DNA from: Armatimonadota bacterium
GTDB lineage: Bacteria; Armatimonadota; UBA5829; DTLH01
NCBI GenBank assembly: GCA_039679675.1
Contig: JBDKUN010000030.1
Coordinates: 743-64,742 of the forward strand
DNA length: 64,000 bases
Reading direction: 5' to 3'
Part shown: in pieces, positions 27,824 through 36,220 of the stretch
How the letters are laid out: each line of letters opens with the position of its first letter
How positions within the stretch are numbered: position 1 is the first letter of the stretch
Position numbers and translations under genes: made by a program
Notes under the pieces: generated by a model
The model's input: the letters and a program-made list of their open reading frames with translations, nothing else
Database searches by the model: none
What the model was told of the DNA's origin: nothing

Positions 27824-28873
27824 TCAGGGTCGGCCTCCCTTCCTTAAACGATTTATGGCAGCATCATGTTCTGAAAGTGTTCTTGAGAAAATATGCGAGC
27901 CATCCGTCCGGGCAACGTAGTAAAGATAATCGGCCTTTTCTGGATGGAGCGCAGCTTTAATAGACTCGATACCGGGATTCGCAATCGGTCCCGGAGGCAA
28001 GCCAGGGTGGATATAGGTATTATAAGGAGATTCGACCGCAAGGTCTTTGTAATATAACCGTTTTCGATGTCCTCCCAGCGCATACTGCACAGTAGCATCT
28101 ATATCGAGCTTCATGCCGATCCTCAGCCTGTTCCAGATGACTGCAGAAATAAGGGTGCGATCTTTGGGAACCCGCGCTTCACGCTCTATAAGTGAAGCCA
28201 CGATTATAATCCTGTTCAGGGCCTCCCCTTTTGATTCGGCATCGGAGCCGCCAGCAATCTGCTCGATCTCAGAAGACATGGGATCGGCCACCTGCGACTT
28301 GAAAGTCTTGAGCATCTGGGTGACAATCTCCCGCGGGCTGGCATTCAGCGGGACCAGATAAGTGTCCGGGAACAAATAGCCTTCGAGTCCCGAAGAAGGT
28401 ACGGAGACAATATCTTTAAAGTCTCCTGCACAGGCAGTCACGAGCGTCAGAAACTCGTTTTCATTCACCAACCGCTTGTCCGCCAGCCGCCTGGCCAGTT
28501 GCTGCGCCGTAAACCCTTCCGGTACAGTGACCCACACAGCGGCGATATCACCATGGACCATCGCATCCAGCATCCGCCGGACCGACATCGATCTGTTGAA
28601 TAGATACGCACCCGGTTTGAGCTTACTTGCATCCTCGCGGGCGCGTGCAATCACGCTGAACCCAAACGCCGACCGCACAAGGCCGACTTCCTTAAGTTTA
28701 CAGCCGACCTTCGCGGCTGTCGCGCCTTGCGGCACGATAACCATAACCGGAGACGTACTGCCTCCGACCGGGGCTCCGAGATAAAAAAGCAACCCCAGTA
28801 CCATTACGGCCAGCACCAGGAGTGTTATCAGATAATTTCGTCCTTCGCGGGCGTATTCCAGAATGAATCTCAA
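27824..28873 (-). CDS. mltG: Endolytic murein transglycosylase MltG (YceG family)
   Basis: N-terminal TM anchor, YceG-like domain, conserved C-terminal LYYVARTDGSHIFSRTLSEH; 4-bp overlap with ruvX. Confidence 0.85.
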   Translation of the reverse strand: MRFILEYAREGRNYLITLLVLAVMVLGLLFYLGAPVGGSTSPVMVIVPQGATAAKVGCKLKEVGLVRSAFGFSVIARAREDASKLKPGAYLFNRSMSVRRMLDAMVHGDIAAVWVTVPEGFTAQQLARRLADKRLVNENEFLTLVTACAGDFKDIVSVPSSGLEGYLFPDTYLVPLNASPREIVTQMLKTFKSQVADPMSSEIEQIAGGSDAESKGEALNRIIIVASLIEREARVPKDRTLISAVIWNRLRIGMKLDIDATVQYALGGHRKRLYYKDLAVESPYNTYIHPGLPPGPIANPGIESIKAALHPEKADYLYYVARTDGSHIFSRTLSEHDAAINRLRKGGRP

Positions 28874-29292
28874 CTATCGTTTCCTTTTGCGTCTATATAG
28901 CTCTGGAGAATAACTGCCGCGGCAGCTTTATCAATTATATTTTTCCTCGCTTCACGGCTTTTGCCTGCATCAATAAGCATCCGTTCCGCTTCCGCAGTCG
29001 AATACCGCTCATCCCAATATTCCAGCGGGATTCTAAGCCTTCTAGCAAGTTTACCGGCAAATGCGCGGATCTTTTCCGCCTGCACTGCTTCCTGCCCACT
29101 CAGCATTATCGGGATTCCAGCTATAACCTTCGAGACATTTTCCTCTTCAATTATACGCACAATCGACCTCAGATCGGCTTTTTCGCTCACCGTACGCACG
29201 ATTGTTGTAAATGGAAACGCAAACGAGCCTGTATCATCGCTCAGAGCAACGCCGATCCGTTTTTCGCCGATATCCAACCCCATCAGCTTCAT
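28870..29292 (-). CDS. ruvX: Holliday-junction resolvase-like YqgF/RuvX
   Basis: MKLMGLDIGEKRIGVALSD RNase H-like N-terminus; 140 aa. Confidence 0.85.
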   Translation of the reverse strand: MKLMGLDIGEKRIGVALSDDTGSFAFPFTTIVRTVSEKADLRSIVRIIEEENVSKVIAGIPIMLSGQEAVQAEKIRAFAGKLARRLRIPLEYWDERYSTAEAERMLIDAGKSREARKNIIDKAAAAVILQSYIDAKGNDS

Positions 29293-31535
29293 GACAGCGC
29301 GGGTTCCTGCCTATCGAGGAGCGAGTAGAGGACTGCCATCACAAGGAAGCCAAAAATAAGCCCGCCGGCAACGATACCGGAATCGTTGAACAGGAACGCG
29401 GCTCCGGCTCCGACAATTGATGCGACAATACCAGAATGGAATGTCGGTCTGCCTTGAGACAACTCATCGATCTTCCGTCCAATCGAGGAAAACCAGAAGA
29501 TGAAAAACGGTATCGCACCGATAAGGGCCGTCTGCGCCTGTGTAGTGCCTATCAGGCTGATATTCATCGACAGTTTCCGGACTATGGTAGCGAGCAGGAT
29601 CGAATACCCTCCCCGGCTCCCAACAGAAGCCGCCAGGCCTATATGCGACTGGGCGCCGCGAGATAGAAACGCCTCCATAAAGCCGACACATGCGACAACA
29701 AGGCAACCGAGAATGACCAGCGCTGCTACATCGCGCGCACCAAACTTGCCCTTCACGCCCGATATATACACAGCTCCAAGCCCAACCACTGCTGCAAGCA
29801 TTCCTCCGGCATTGGCGCCGAATGCAGGGACTCCCAACCACAGTATGACAACCATAGAGGCTGCAAGTGCAGCCAGTTTTCCTTTATAACCGGCTGCCCA
29901 TCCGGGAAAACACTCTCTCAGCCACACCATTGCAATAAAAACGCAGCCCAGCCAGACTCCCATATACTCGTTACCAATCCCGTAAAACCTGTAACCTCTG
30001 AAATCCGTTACGCTGGGAAGAGCATATCTGATGATCTGGCCGCCGCCGCAGGCTTCAATAAACAGGACCACCATCGTAATCAGCGACAGGGCTACCAAAG
30101 GAAGCGCTCCAGGCAGGCGGTTGATCCGGTCTCCCAGCACACGTTTCAGTAAACTACTCATACCAAACGCGGCTGCAGTCAGAGCGACCATCCAGACACT
30201 GAGCCTTAATGCATAGGAAACTACGGACGGGCTCCCCGGCACGGCGAAAAACATGGCAAGCGGACTAGCCATTGTAGCAACAAGCAGGACTCTAAGGGCC
30301 ATCCCTGGCACTACCGGCCTGAACCCTTTGAATACTACAGCAGCGCCAGCAGCTGTGACGGCAATTATGCCTATCGCCGCAAGCACGCCAAGCACTGGCC
30401 AGACTGTTTTTCTGCAAAGCAGCACCATGCTATCGAGCCACTTTACCTGGTCTTCCTTACCTTGAATAGAGGTTATGGGTGTGCCGACCATCTTTTCAGG
30501 CTTCGATATGTCAAGCGCTGCCAGCACTGTAGGAGCAATATCAAAACCGGATACGAGCCCCACCGTCCGTGTGGTAGATGATGTGAGACTGCCGGACGAA
30601 CCTCCAGAATGCCATATGACTATCGGTGCAAGCCTGGACTTATCCCCCCGAACCGGGATTTTGGCAGCCATCGACGCAAGAATCACTGTCTCCCGTCCAT
30701 CACTGTCTTTCAAAATCCGCGACAAAAACTGATCCAGGTTCGCAAACGCCTTTGCGCGCTGCTTGGAATAGGCATAATCCGAAAGGTTTGTCTTGTTCAA
30801 CTCGACCCGAGCTGTGTCTCCAAAGTCTGCGACGGCAAAATCGACCGATTTGAGTGCGCTGTCAACGTCTGTGGCGAGTTTCGCTGAATCCGTAACGAAG
30901 CCCGTCGCGCTGACCGGATCGCGGCGAAGCATCCTATTACTGGTATCACCCACAGCGACTGCTCCGATCTCGTTCGCAGCCATAATCGCAGCCCTGCGGC
31001 GCTTTTGATCGGCGAGGTCTGAGTTTCCGAAAGCGGCGGTCTTTTTCCCGTTCTTATAAAGTGTATCTCCAAGGACACCTGGGAATGAGTTGGACCCTTT
31101 TTCCAGATTTATGGCGTCAAGCAGTGGGACTTCAAGCTGTACGACCGCAGGCATACTGCGCAGGCCCGTCCGGCGCTTGAATATCGTCCCAGCCGATCCA
31201 TACTCATCATCATCTGGTGATTCAAAGCTTGAATAGGCCTGATCCACATTACTATCGGCCCAGCAGTATGCCCCTGCGCTTACAGACGCATAACTGGATT
31301 GGACCGATCCCTTTCCGGTCGTTCCGGGGCAAATCAGCCCGACAGCACCTTCTGAAGCCAACTTATGAATGCCGGGCAGCTTGCTGTCCAGAAGGTCTGA
31401 CAGGGTTATGTAGTCGGCGATGACGAGCACGACCTTCGGACGCGCGGAAGCGCCCTGAGCAGGCATTGCAAGCGCTGTGAGCGCCAGGACAAGAAGAATG
31501 AAATTACGTATTACAGACATATTACTAGTTTTCAA
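29289..31535 (-). CDS. 748-aa membrane protein: N-terminal periplasmic alpha/beta-like domain plus C-terminal polytopic (at least 10 TM) domain, function unknown
   Basis: Signal peptide MKTSNMSVIRNFILLVLALTALAMPAQGA, soluble domain of about 330 aa (KVVLVIADYITLSDLLD), then many hydrophobic helices; translationally coupled to ruvX by a 4-bp overlap. Confidence 0.5.
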   Translation of the reverse strand: MKTSNMSVIRNFILLVLALTALAMPAQGASARPKVVLVIADYITLSDLLDSKLPGIHKLASEGAVGLICPGTTGKGSVQSSYASVSAGAYCWADSNVDQAYSSFESPDDDEYGSAGTIFKRRTGLRSMPAVVQLEVPLLDAINLEKGSNSFPGVLGDTLYKNGKKTAAFGNSDLADQKRRRAAIMAANEIGAVAVGDTSNRMLRRDPVSATGFVTDSAKLATDVDSALKSVDFAVADFGDTARVELNKTNLSDYAYSKQRAKAFANLDQFLSRILKDSDGRETVILASMAAKIPVRGDKSRLAPIVIWHSGGSSGSLTSSTTRTVGLVSGFDIAPTVLAALDISKPEKMVGTPITSIQGKEDQVKWLDSMVLLCRKTVWPVLGVLAAIGIIAVTAAGAAVVFKGFRPVVPGMALRVLLVATMASPLAMFFAVPGSPSVVSYALRLSVWMVALTAAAFGMSSLLKRVLGDRINRLPGALPLVALSLITMVVLFIEACGGGQIIRYALPSVTDFRGYRFYGIGNEYMGVWLGCVFIAMVWLRECFPGWAAGYKGKLAALAASMVVILWLGVPAFGANAGGMLAAVVGLGAVYISGVKGKFGARDVAALVILGCLVVACVGFMEAFLSRGAQSHIGLAASVGSRGGYSILLATIVRKLSMNISLIGTTQAQTALIGAIPFFIFWFSSIGRKIDELSQGRPTFHSGIVASIVGAGAAFLFNDSGIVAGGLIFGFLVMAVLYSLLDRQEPALS

Positions 31536-31568
31536 CTTTCAGCAGGGAGGGGATTAGCGAAGATTCGT

Positions 31569-31927
31569 GCTTCGGGATGAACTGCGATCCCGAAGCATAG
31601 GGTTAGGTGCTGTAAATTTTATTTATGCTGCGGGAATGGCAGGTCTGTATAATTTACTAACTTACACAGATTTAATTCCCGCAGCAACGGAAATTGGCGA
31701 ATGTCGCAATAGCTGCGGGAACTAAGTTAGGAACAATAGAAAATTATTCACATATTTTCCGTTTCCGCAGCATAGAAATTTCTTGTTATTTCGGGACGCC
31801 CTCGTCCCGAAATCTACCCTCCGTAGTTAGGCCGGTATCGGGACAAGGTGTCCCGATACAACAGGCAATCACCCTCACCCTGTTCCACACTCCGCACTTT
31901 CCTAAATCCTCGAATCCTCAATCCTTT
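31569..31927. repeat. Composite intergenic repeat region (REP-like palindromes)
   Basis: gcttcgggat-N10-atcccgaagc (31569-31596); ctgcgggaat-N37-attcccgcag (31628-31684); ttcgggacg-ccc-cgtcccgaa (31790-31813); atcgggac-aaggt-gtcccgat (31846-31866); (aatcct)3 tail 31904-31927. Modules recur at 39687-39708, 41193-41219, 41290-41310, 56433-56490, 56547-56574. Confidence 0.65.
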
Positions 31928-31930
31928 CCC

Positions 31931-34579
31931 CTAACCCGCCTGTTTGCGGACCAGTTCGACAGCTGTCTGCAGTGCTTCATCGACTTTAGATGCGTCTCTG
32001 CCGCCAGCCTGGGCGAACTCCGGTCTTCCACCGCCGCCGCCGCCAGCGACTTTCGCAACTTCGCGTATCAGGTTTCCAGCATGGAACCCGCGCTTCACAA
32101 GATCAGGTGTGACTTTGCTGATAAAGAGCACTTTGCCGTCGCCTACTCCGCCGAGCACCACGACACCGGACTTCAATTTATCGGCTATGCCGTCTGCGAG
32201 AGCACTGAGCACCTGAGCGTTCGCCGTCTGGACTTTGTTCGCAACCAGATTTACGCCGGATATGTCATGCGCGGCCGCTGCAAGTTCCTGCGACTGCTCC
32301 GCGGCTGATTTTGCCTGAATCTGCTCGATCTTCCGCTGAGTCTCCTTCAGGTTCGTCTGCAGCCGCTCGATAGCCGAAGCTGCTTCAAGCGGCGAGGAAC
32401 CAAGCTTTTCCGACACCTCATGCAAAAGGTCTTCTATATCATGAACGTGCTGCACTGCGCCGCTCCCGGTCACAGCTTCGATCCTTCTCAAGCCCGCGCC
32501 GACGCTCGACTCGCTCACAAGCTTGAAAAGCCCCACCTGTGACGTCCGGCTGAGGTGAGTTCCACCGCAAAGCTCGGTGCTGTAATCGCCGACCTTCATC
32601 ACGCGGACATGCTTGCCGTATTTCTCACCGAAGAGAGCCATCGCGCCCATTTTTCTGGCTTCGTCTATGTTGGTCTCTGTGACTTCGACCGGAAGATCGG
32701 CTAGAATTTTATCGTTTACCTCATCCTCTATCTGCCTGAGCTCGTCCGATGTCACCGCCTGAAAGTGCGAAAAATCGAACCTCAACCTTCCGGGTTCGAC
32801 AACCGAACCTGCCTGAAGCGCGTGCGGTCCCAAAATATGTCTGAGAGCCGCGTGCAAAAGGTGTGTCGCAGTGTGATTCCGGGCAATAGCCATCCGCCGC
32901 TCAACATCGACCTCACAGTGGACATCATCGCCGACCTTTATCTCGCCGGAAACGACTTCTACCGCATGTAAGAATACGTGCGCAGCCTTCACAGTGTTCT
33001 TGACTCTCAGCATTGCGCCGCGGGACATTATCTGGCCTTCGTCGCCGACCTGTCCGCCGGACTCAGCATAAAACGGCGTCCTGTCGAGCACTAAATCGAC
33101 CAGATTGCCCTCTTTTGCTACGCTTATCTGCTCGCCGCGTTCGAGTATCGCAAGTACCTTCGCATCTGACTTCAGACTGTGATAGCCCACGAACTCCGTG
33201 GCTGGAACGGTCTGCTCGAGCTCAAGAATCGCACCGTTGCCGCCGCCGAAGAGGGATGCCGCGAAGTCGCTGGACTCCTTTGCGCGTTTACGCTGGTCTT
33301 CCATTGCGGTCTCGAACCCTGCTACATCTACCTCTATTCCTTCTGACTGGGCAATCTCCTGTGTAAGCTCCAGCGGGAATCCATAAGTGTCATGAAGCGA
33401 GAATGCCGCATCACCGGGAAGAAGGTTCCCGCCGCTCTTTTTGACATCCTCGATCTGCTGCATAAGTCTGGACATGCCGGAGTCCAACGTGTGAAGGAAC
33501 TTCTCTTCCTCGGCTTTGATAAGACTCGTGACATAATCCTGCCTGTCCTTCGGCTCGGTGTAAACATCCTTCATCAGGTCCGCGACGACTCCGACGAGTT
33601 CGTGCAGGAACGGCTTGTCTACTCCGAGAGAATTGCCCCTCAGCACCGCCCGCCGTATGATCCTGCGGAGAACATAGCCTCTGCCGATGTTCGACGGCAT
33701 AACTCCGTCGGCTATCGCGAAGACTGCGCCCCTGATATGGTCCGCTATGACCCGGATAGCTCTCGTGGTCTCCTCGTCCTTGCCATAACTTGCGCCCGTA
33801 ATCTTCTCGATTGCCTTGATTATAGGCTGGAACAGGTCAGTATCGTAGTTCGACGGAGCGTTGTTCAGGATGGCGATAGTCCGCTCAAGCCCCATACCCG
33901 TATCGATGTTCTTTGTGGGAAGCGGGTCGAGCGTTCCGTCCTCCTGGCGGTCGAACTGCTGGAAGACCAGGTTCCATATCTCGACGAAACGGTTGCCATC
34001 GTGGGCTATGGACCATGCCGGGTCCTCTGGTGCGCCCGCTTCAGGGTTCACATCGAGGAATATCTCATTGCAGGGGCCGCAGGGACCGTTCGGACCCATG
34101 GTAGGCGCGTTTGCAGGCCAGTAGTTCTTGTCCTCGCCGAGCCGCACGATCCTTTCCTTCGGGAAGCCGACTTCGTTGACCCAGATATCATAGGCCTCAT
34201 CGTCATCCAGATAAATACTCGTCCAGAGATTGTCCGGGTTGAGCTTCAGGGCATCCGTAAGGAACTCCCAGGCCCAGGTAATTGCTTCACGCTTGAAATA
34301 ATCGCCGAAGCTGAAGTTACCGAGCATCTCGAAGAAGGTATGATGCACCGCATCGCCGACTTCTTCTACGTCATCAGTCCGCATGCACTTCTGGGACGTG
34401 ACTAATCTCGGCGCCGGAGGAACCCTGTCCCCTATGAAATACGGCTTGAACTGCACCATTCCCGCTGCGGTATAAAGAAGGGACGGGTCGTTCGGCACTA
34501 GCGAATCACTTGGGTGGATAAGGTGTTTTTTACTCTCAAAAAATTTCAGATATGCTGTTCTAAGTTCACTACTTGTCAT
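31931..34579 (-). CDS. alaS: Alanine--tRNA ligase
   Basis: MTSSELRTAYLKFFESKKHLIHPSDSLVP...LLYTAAGMVQFKP class-II AlaRS N-terminus, HxxxH editing-domain motifs, 882 aa. Confidence 0.9.
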   Translation of the reverse strand: MTSSELRTAYLKFFESKKHLIHPSDSLVPNDPSLLYTAAGMVQFKPYFIGDRVPPAPRLVTSQKCMRTDDVEEVGDAVHHTFFEMLGNFSFGDYFKREAITWAWEFLTDALKLNPDNLWTSIYLDDDEAYDIWVNEVGFPKERIVRLGEDKNYWPANAPTMGPNGPCGPCNEIFLDVNPEAGAPEDPAWSIAHDGNRFVEIWNLVFQQFDRQEDGTLDPLPTKNIDTGMGLERTIAILNNAPSNYDTDLFQPIIKAIEKITGASYGKDEETTRAIRVIADHIRGAVFAIADGVMPSNIGRGYVLRRIIRRAVLRGNSLGVDKPFLHELVGVVADLMKDVYTEPKDRQDYVTSLIKAEEEKFLHTLDSGMSRLMQQIEDVKKSGGNLLPGDAAFSLHDTYGFPLELTQEIAQSEGIEVDVAGFETAMEDQRKRAKESSDFAASLFGGGNGAILELEQTVPATEFVGYHSLKSDAKVLAILERGEQISVAKEGNLVDLVLDRTPFYAESGGQVGDEGQIMSRGAMLRVKNTVKAAHVFLHAVEVVSGEIKVGDDVHCEVDVERRMAIARNHTATHLLHAALRHILGPHALQAGSVVEPGRLRFDFSHFQAVTSDELRQIEDEVNDKILADLPVEVTETNIDEARKMGAMALFGEKYGKHVRVMKVGDYSTELCGGTHLSRTSQVGLFKLVSESSVGAGLRRIEAVTGSGAVQHVHDIEDLLHEVSEKLGSSPLEAASAIERLQTNLKETQRKIEQIQAKSAAEQSQELAAAAHDISGVNLVANKVQTANAQVLSALADGIADKLKSGVVVLGGVGDGKVLFISKVTPDLVKRGFHAGNLIREVAKVAGGGGGGRPEFAQAGGRDASKVDEALQTAVELVRKQAG

Positions 34580-34627
34580 GTTTTTGGTTATGGACCATAG
34601 TAGGCCCGGCTTCTCCGATAATTTAAA

Positions 34628-34996
34628 CTAGCTGGACTTTTCAGGTTTCTTAATACGAAGCTTGTGTTCCGTAACAACCACAAAACAATCTCGCCAATTC
34701 TCTACATCCTCGGATGTAAACATCGATTCTACTAATTGAATTAGCGTTCTTATTCCTGGTTGAATCAAACGTATTACGAGAACACCACAATGAGTCCCCG
34801 GCTTGAATTTCCTCGTGTCGGAAAAATCCAAGTCCTGAGTCAGAAAAAATCTTCCAGAGTCCTGGGCAGCTTTCCACACTGCCTCATCGTCTCTTCCTGT
34901 AAGATTCTCATCTTGAACCGTATCTACATCGTGGCCTAGACTCGCCAAGACCGCCGAAAGCCCAACAGGAATGTTTTCGTCAAGTTTAATTCTCAT
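34628..34996 (-). CDS. DUF5615-family (PIN-like) putative toxin
   Basis: MRIKLDENIPVGLSAVLASLGHDVDTV...; 122 aa; 4-bp overlap with upstream DUF433 gene. Confidence 0.65.
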   Translation of the reverse strand: MRIKLDENIPVGLSAVLASLGHDVDTVQDENLTGRDDEAVWKAAQDSGRFFLTQDLDFSDTRKFKPGTHCGVLVIRLIQPGIRTLIQLVESMFTSEDVENWRDCFVVVTEHKLRIKKPEKSS

Positions 34997-35232
34997 GCCA
35001 CATCCGGAAGTTCAGCTACAGGTAAATCCTCCTGTGCTGAAGCAGCTGCAAAGGCTACAGCAGCCCGCACATGCTCCTCCGTAAGTGTTGGGAAACTCTT
35101 CAATATTTCGCTTGCGTCTGCACCTTCTGCCAAGCTGGCAAGTACAGTGCGGAGTGTAACGCGCGTGCCTTTCAAAACCGGCTCGCCGCCGCAGACTTTT
35201 GCGTTTCGCTCGATGTATTGATAATAATCCAT
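34993..35232 (-). CDS. DUF433-family putative antitoxin
   Basis: 79 aa, YIERNAKVCGGEPVLKGTRVTLRTVL is the DUF433 signature; upstream partner of the DUF5615 gene. Confidence 0.65.
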   Translation of the reverse strand: MDYYQYIERNAKVCGGEPVLKGTRVTLRTVLASLAEGADASEILKSFPTLTEEHVRAAVAFAAASAQEDLPVAELPDVA

Positions 35233-35308
35233 TTCACCATCTCCAAGGCAAAATTATACTTACACAACCAATATTGCGAATCACGCAGCACTTTAAGCGC
35301 GTAAATTG

Positions 35309-36103
35309 CTATTTCAGCTCCCAACCTTTGTCTTCGCCTATCTCAGGTGGCTCTTCTATCACTTTGTAACGGATGTAAAGCTCCCTCAATGCGTGAGTCA
35401 AAAGAATGGAAACAGTCCCGGCAAACAAAATCAGCATCCCAAACGCGCTCACTGCGCACAGGATGCTAAAGCCGAGTATAACAACAAAGAGCCCGATTGT
35501 AAACCCTGGATTATGAGCCGCGAGGAGCAGGCTTTTCTTGATTGCCGCAACTGCGCCCTTACGCTGGCCCATCGGTTTCTGTGCAGCAAGGACAGGCAGT
35601 TGGTAAAGCACCGTCATCAGCCATGTAACCAGCAGATACAGGAATAAAATCCCTGCGAGAGAAAAACCCAGGTTTCCTTTACCCTTAAGCGGGCCGAACA
35701 CTCCCATGAAGAACAGCGCATCGATCACGAGCATCGAGATGACCGCAATGTCGATCAGCGCGAGGCTAAGACTCGGCAAAAAGAGTTCACGCGCACCGGT
35801 CAGGATGTCGCCAAGACCGGGATCGTTATGGTAAACGATCTTATAGGCCATCTTGAATATGCCGGCGAAGACCGGAGTGCCGATAAATACGGCAATTGTC
35901 AGTCCGGCAAGAAAAATCCGGAATTTGGAAGGATTCCCTGTCCACAGGTCCCATCCGAGACCTAAAGGTACAGCGGTAATGACCGCCCAGATAAGGCTTG
36001 CCGCAATCGTCAGGCCAAACCGGTCGTATACATCGAAAAAGCCTTTTTTCAGAGCTTTTCCAAACCTCGCGGGGGATATATCTACTTGTTCTTCTTCGAC
36101 CAT
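35309..36103 (-). CDS. Polytopic membrane protein of unknown function (YesL/DUF624-like topology)
   Basis: ORF 35309..36238; preferred start MVEEEQVDISPARFGKALKKGFFDVYDRF at 36103, followed by about 6 TM helices; divergent from the sensor gene. Confidence 0.45.
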   Translation of the reverse strand: MVEEEQVDISPARFGKALKKGFFDVYDRFGLTIAASLIWAVITAVPLGLGWDLWTGNPSKFRIFLAGLTIAVFIGTPVFAGIFKMAYKIVYHNDPGLGDILTGARELFLPSLSLALIDIAVISMLVIDALFFMGVFGPLKGKGNLGFSLAGILFLYLLVTWLMTVLYQLPVLAAQKPMGQRKGAVAAIKKSLLLAAHNPGFTIGLFVVILGFSILCAVSAFGMLILFAGTVSILLTHALRELYIRYKVIEEPPEIGEDKGWELK

Positions 36104-36220
36104 AACACGCTGAAGGCGGGTACAATTTGCCCACCCAAACATCATTATACAGAAAGGCAGTGGGTGAGACAAACGGTCAGGCTTAGCAGAAAGATCAAAG
36201 GGGTAAATATTTGCGATGAT

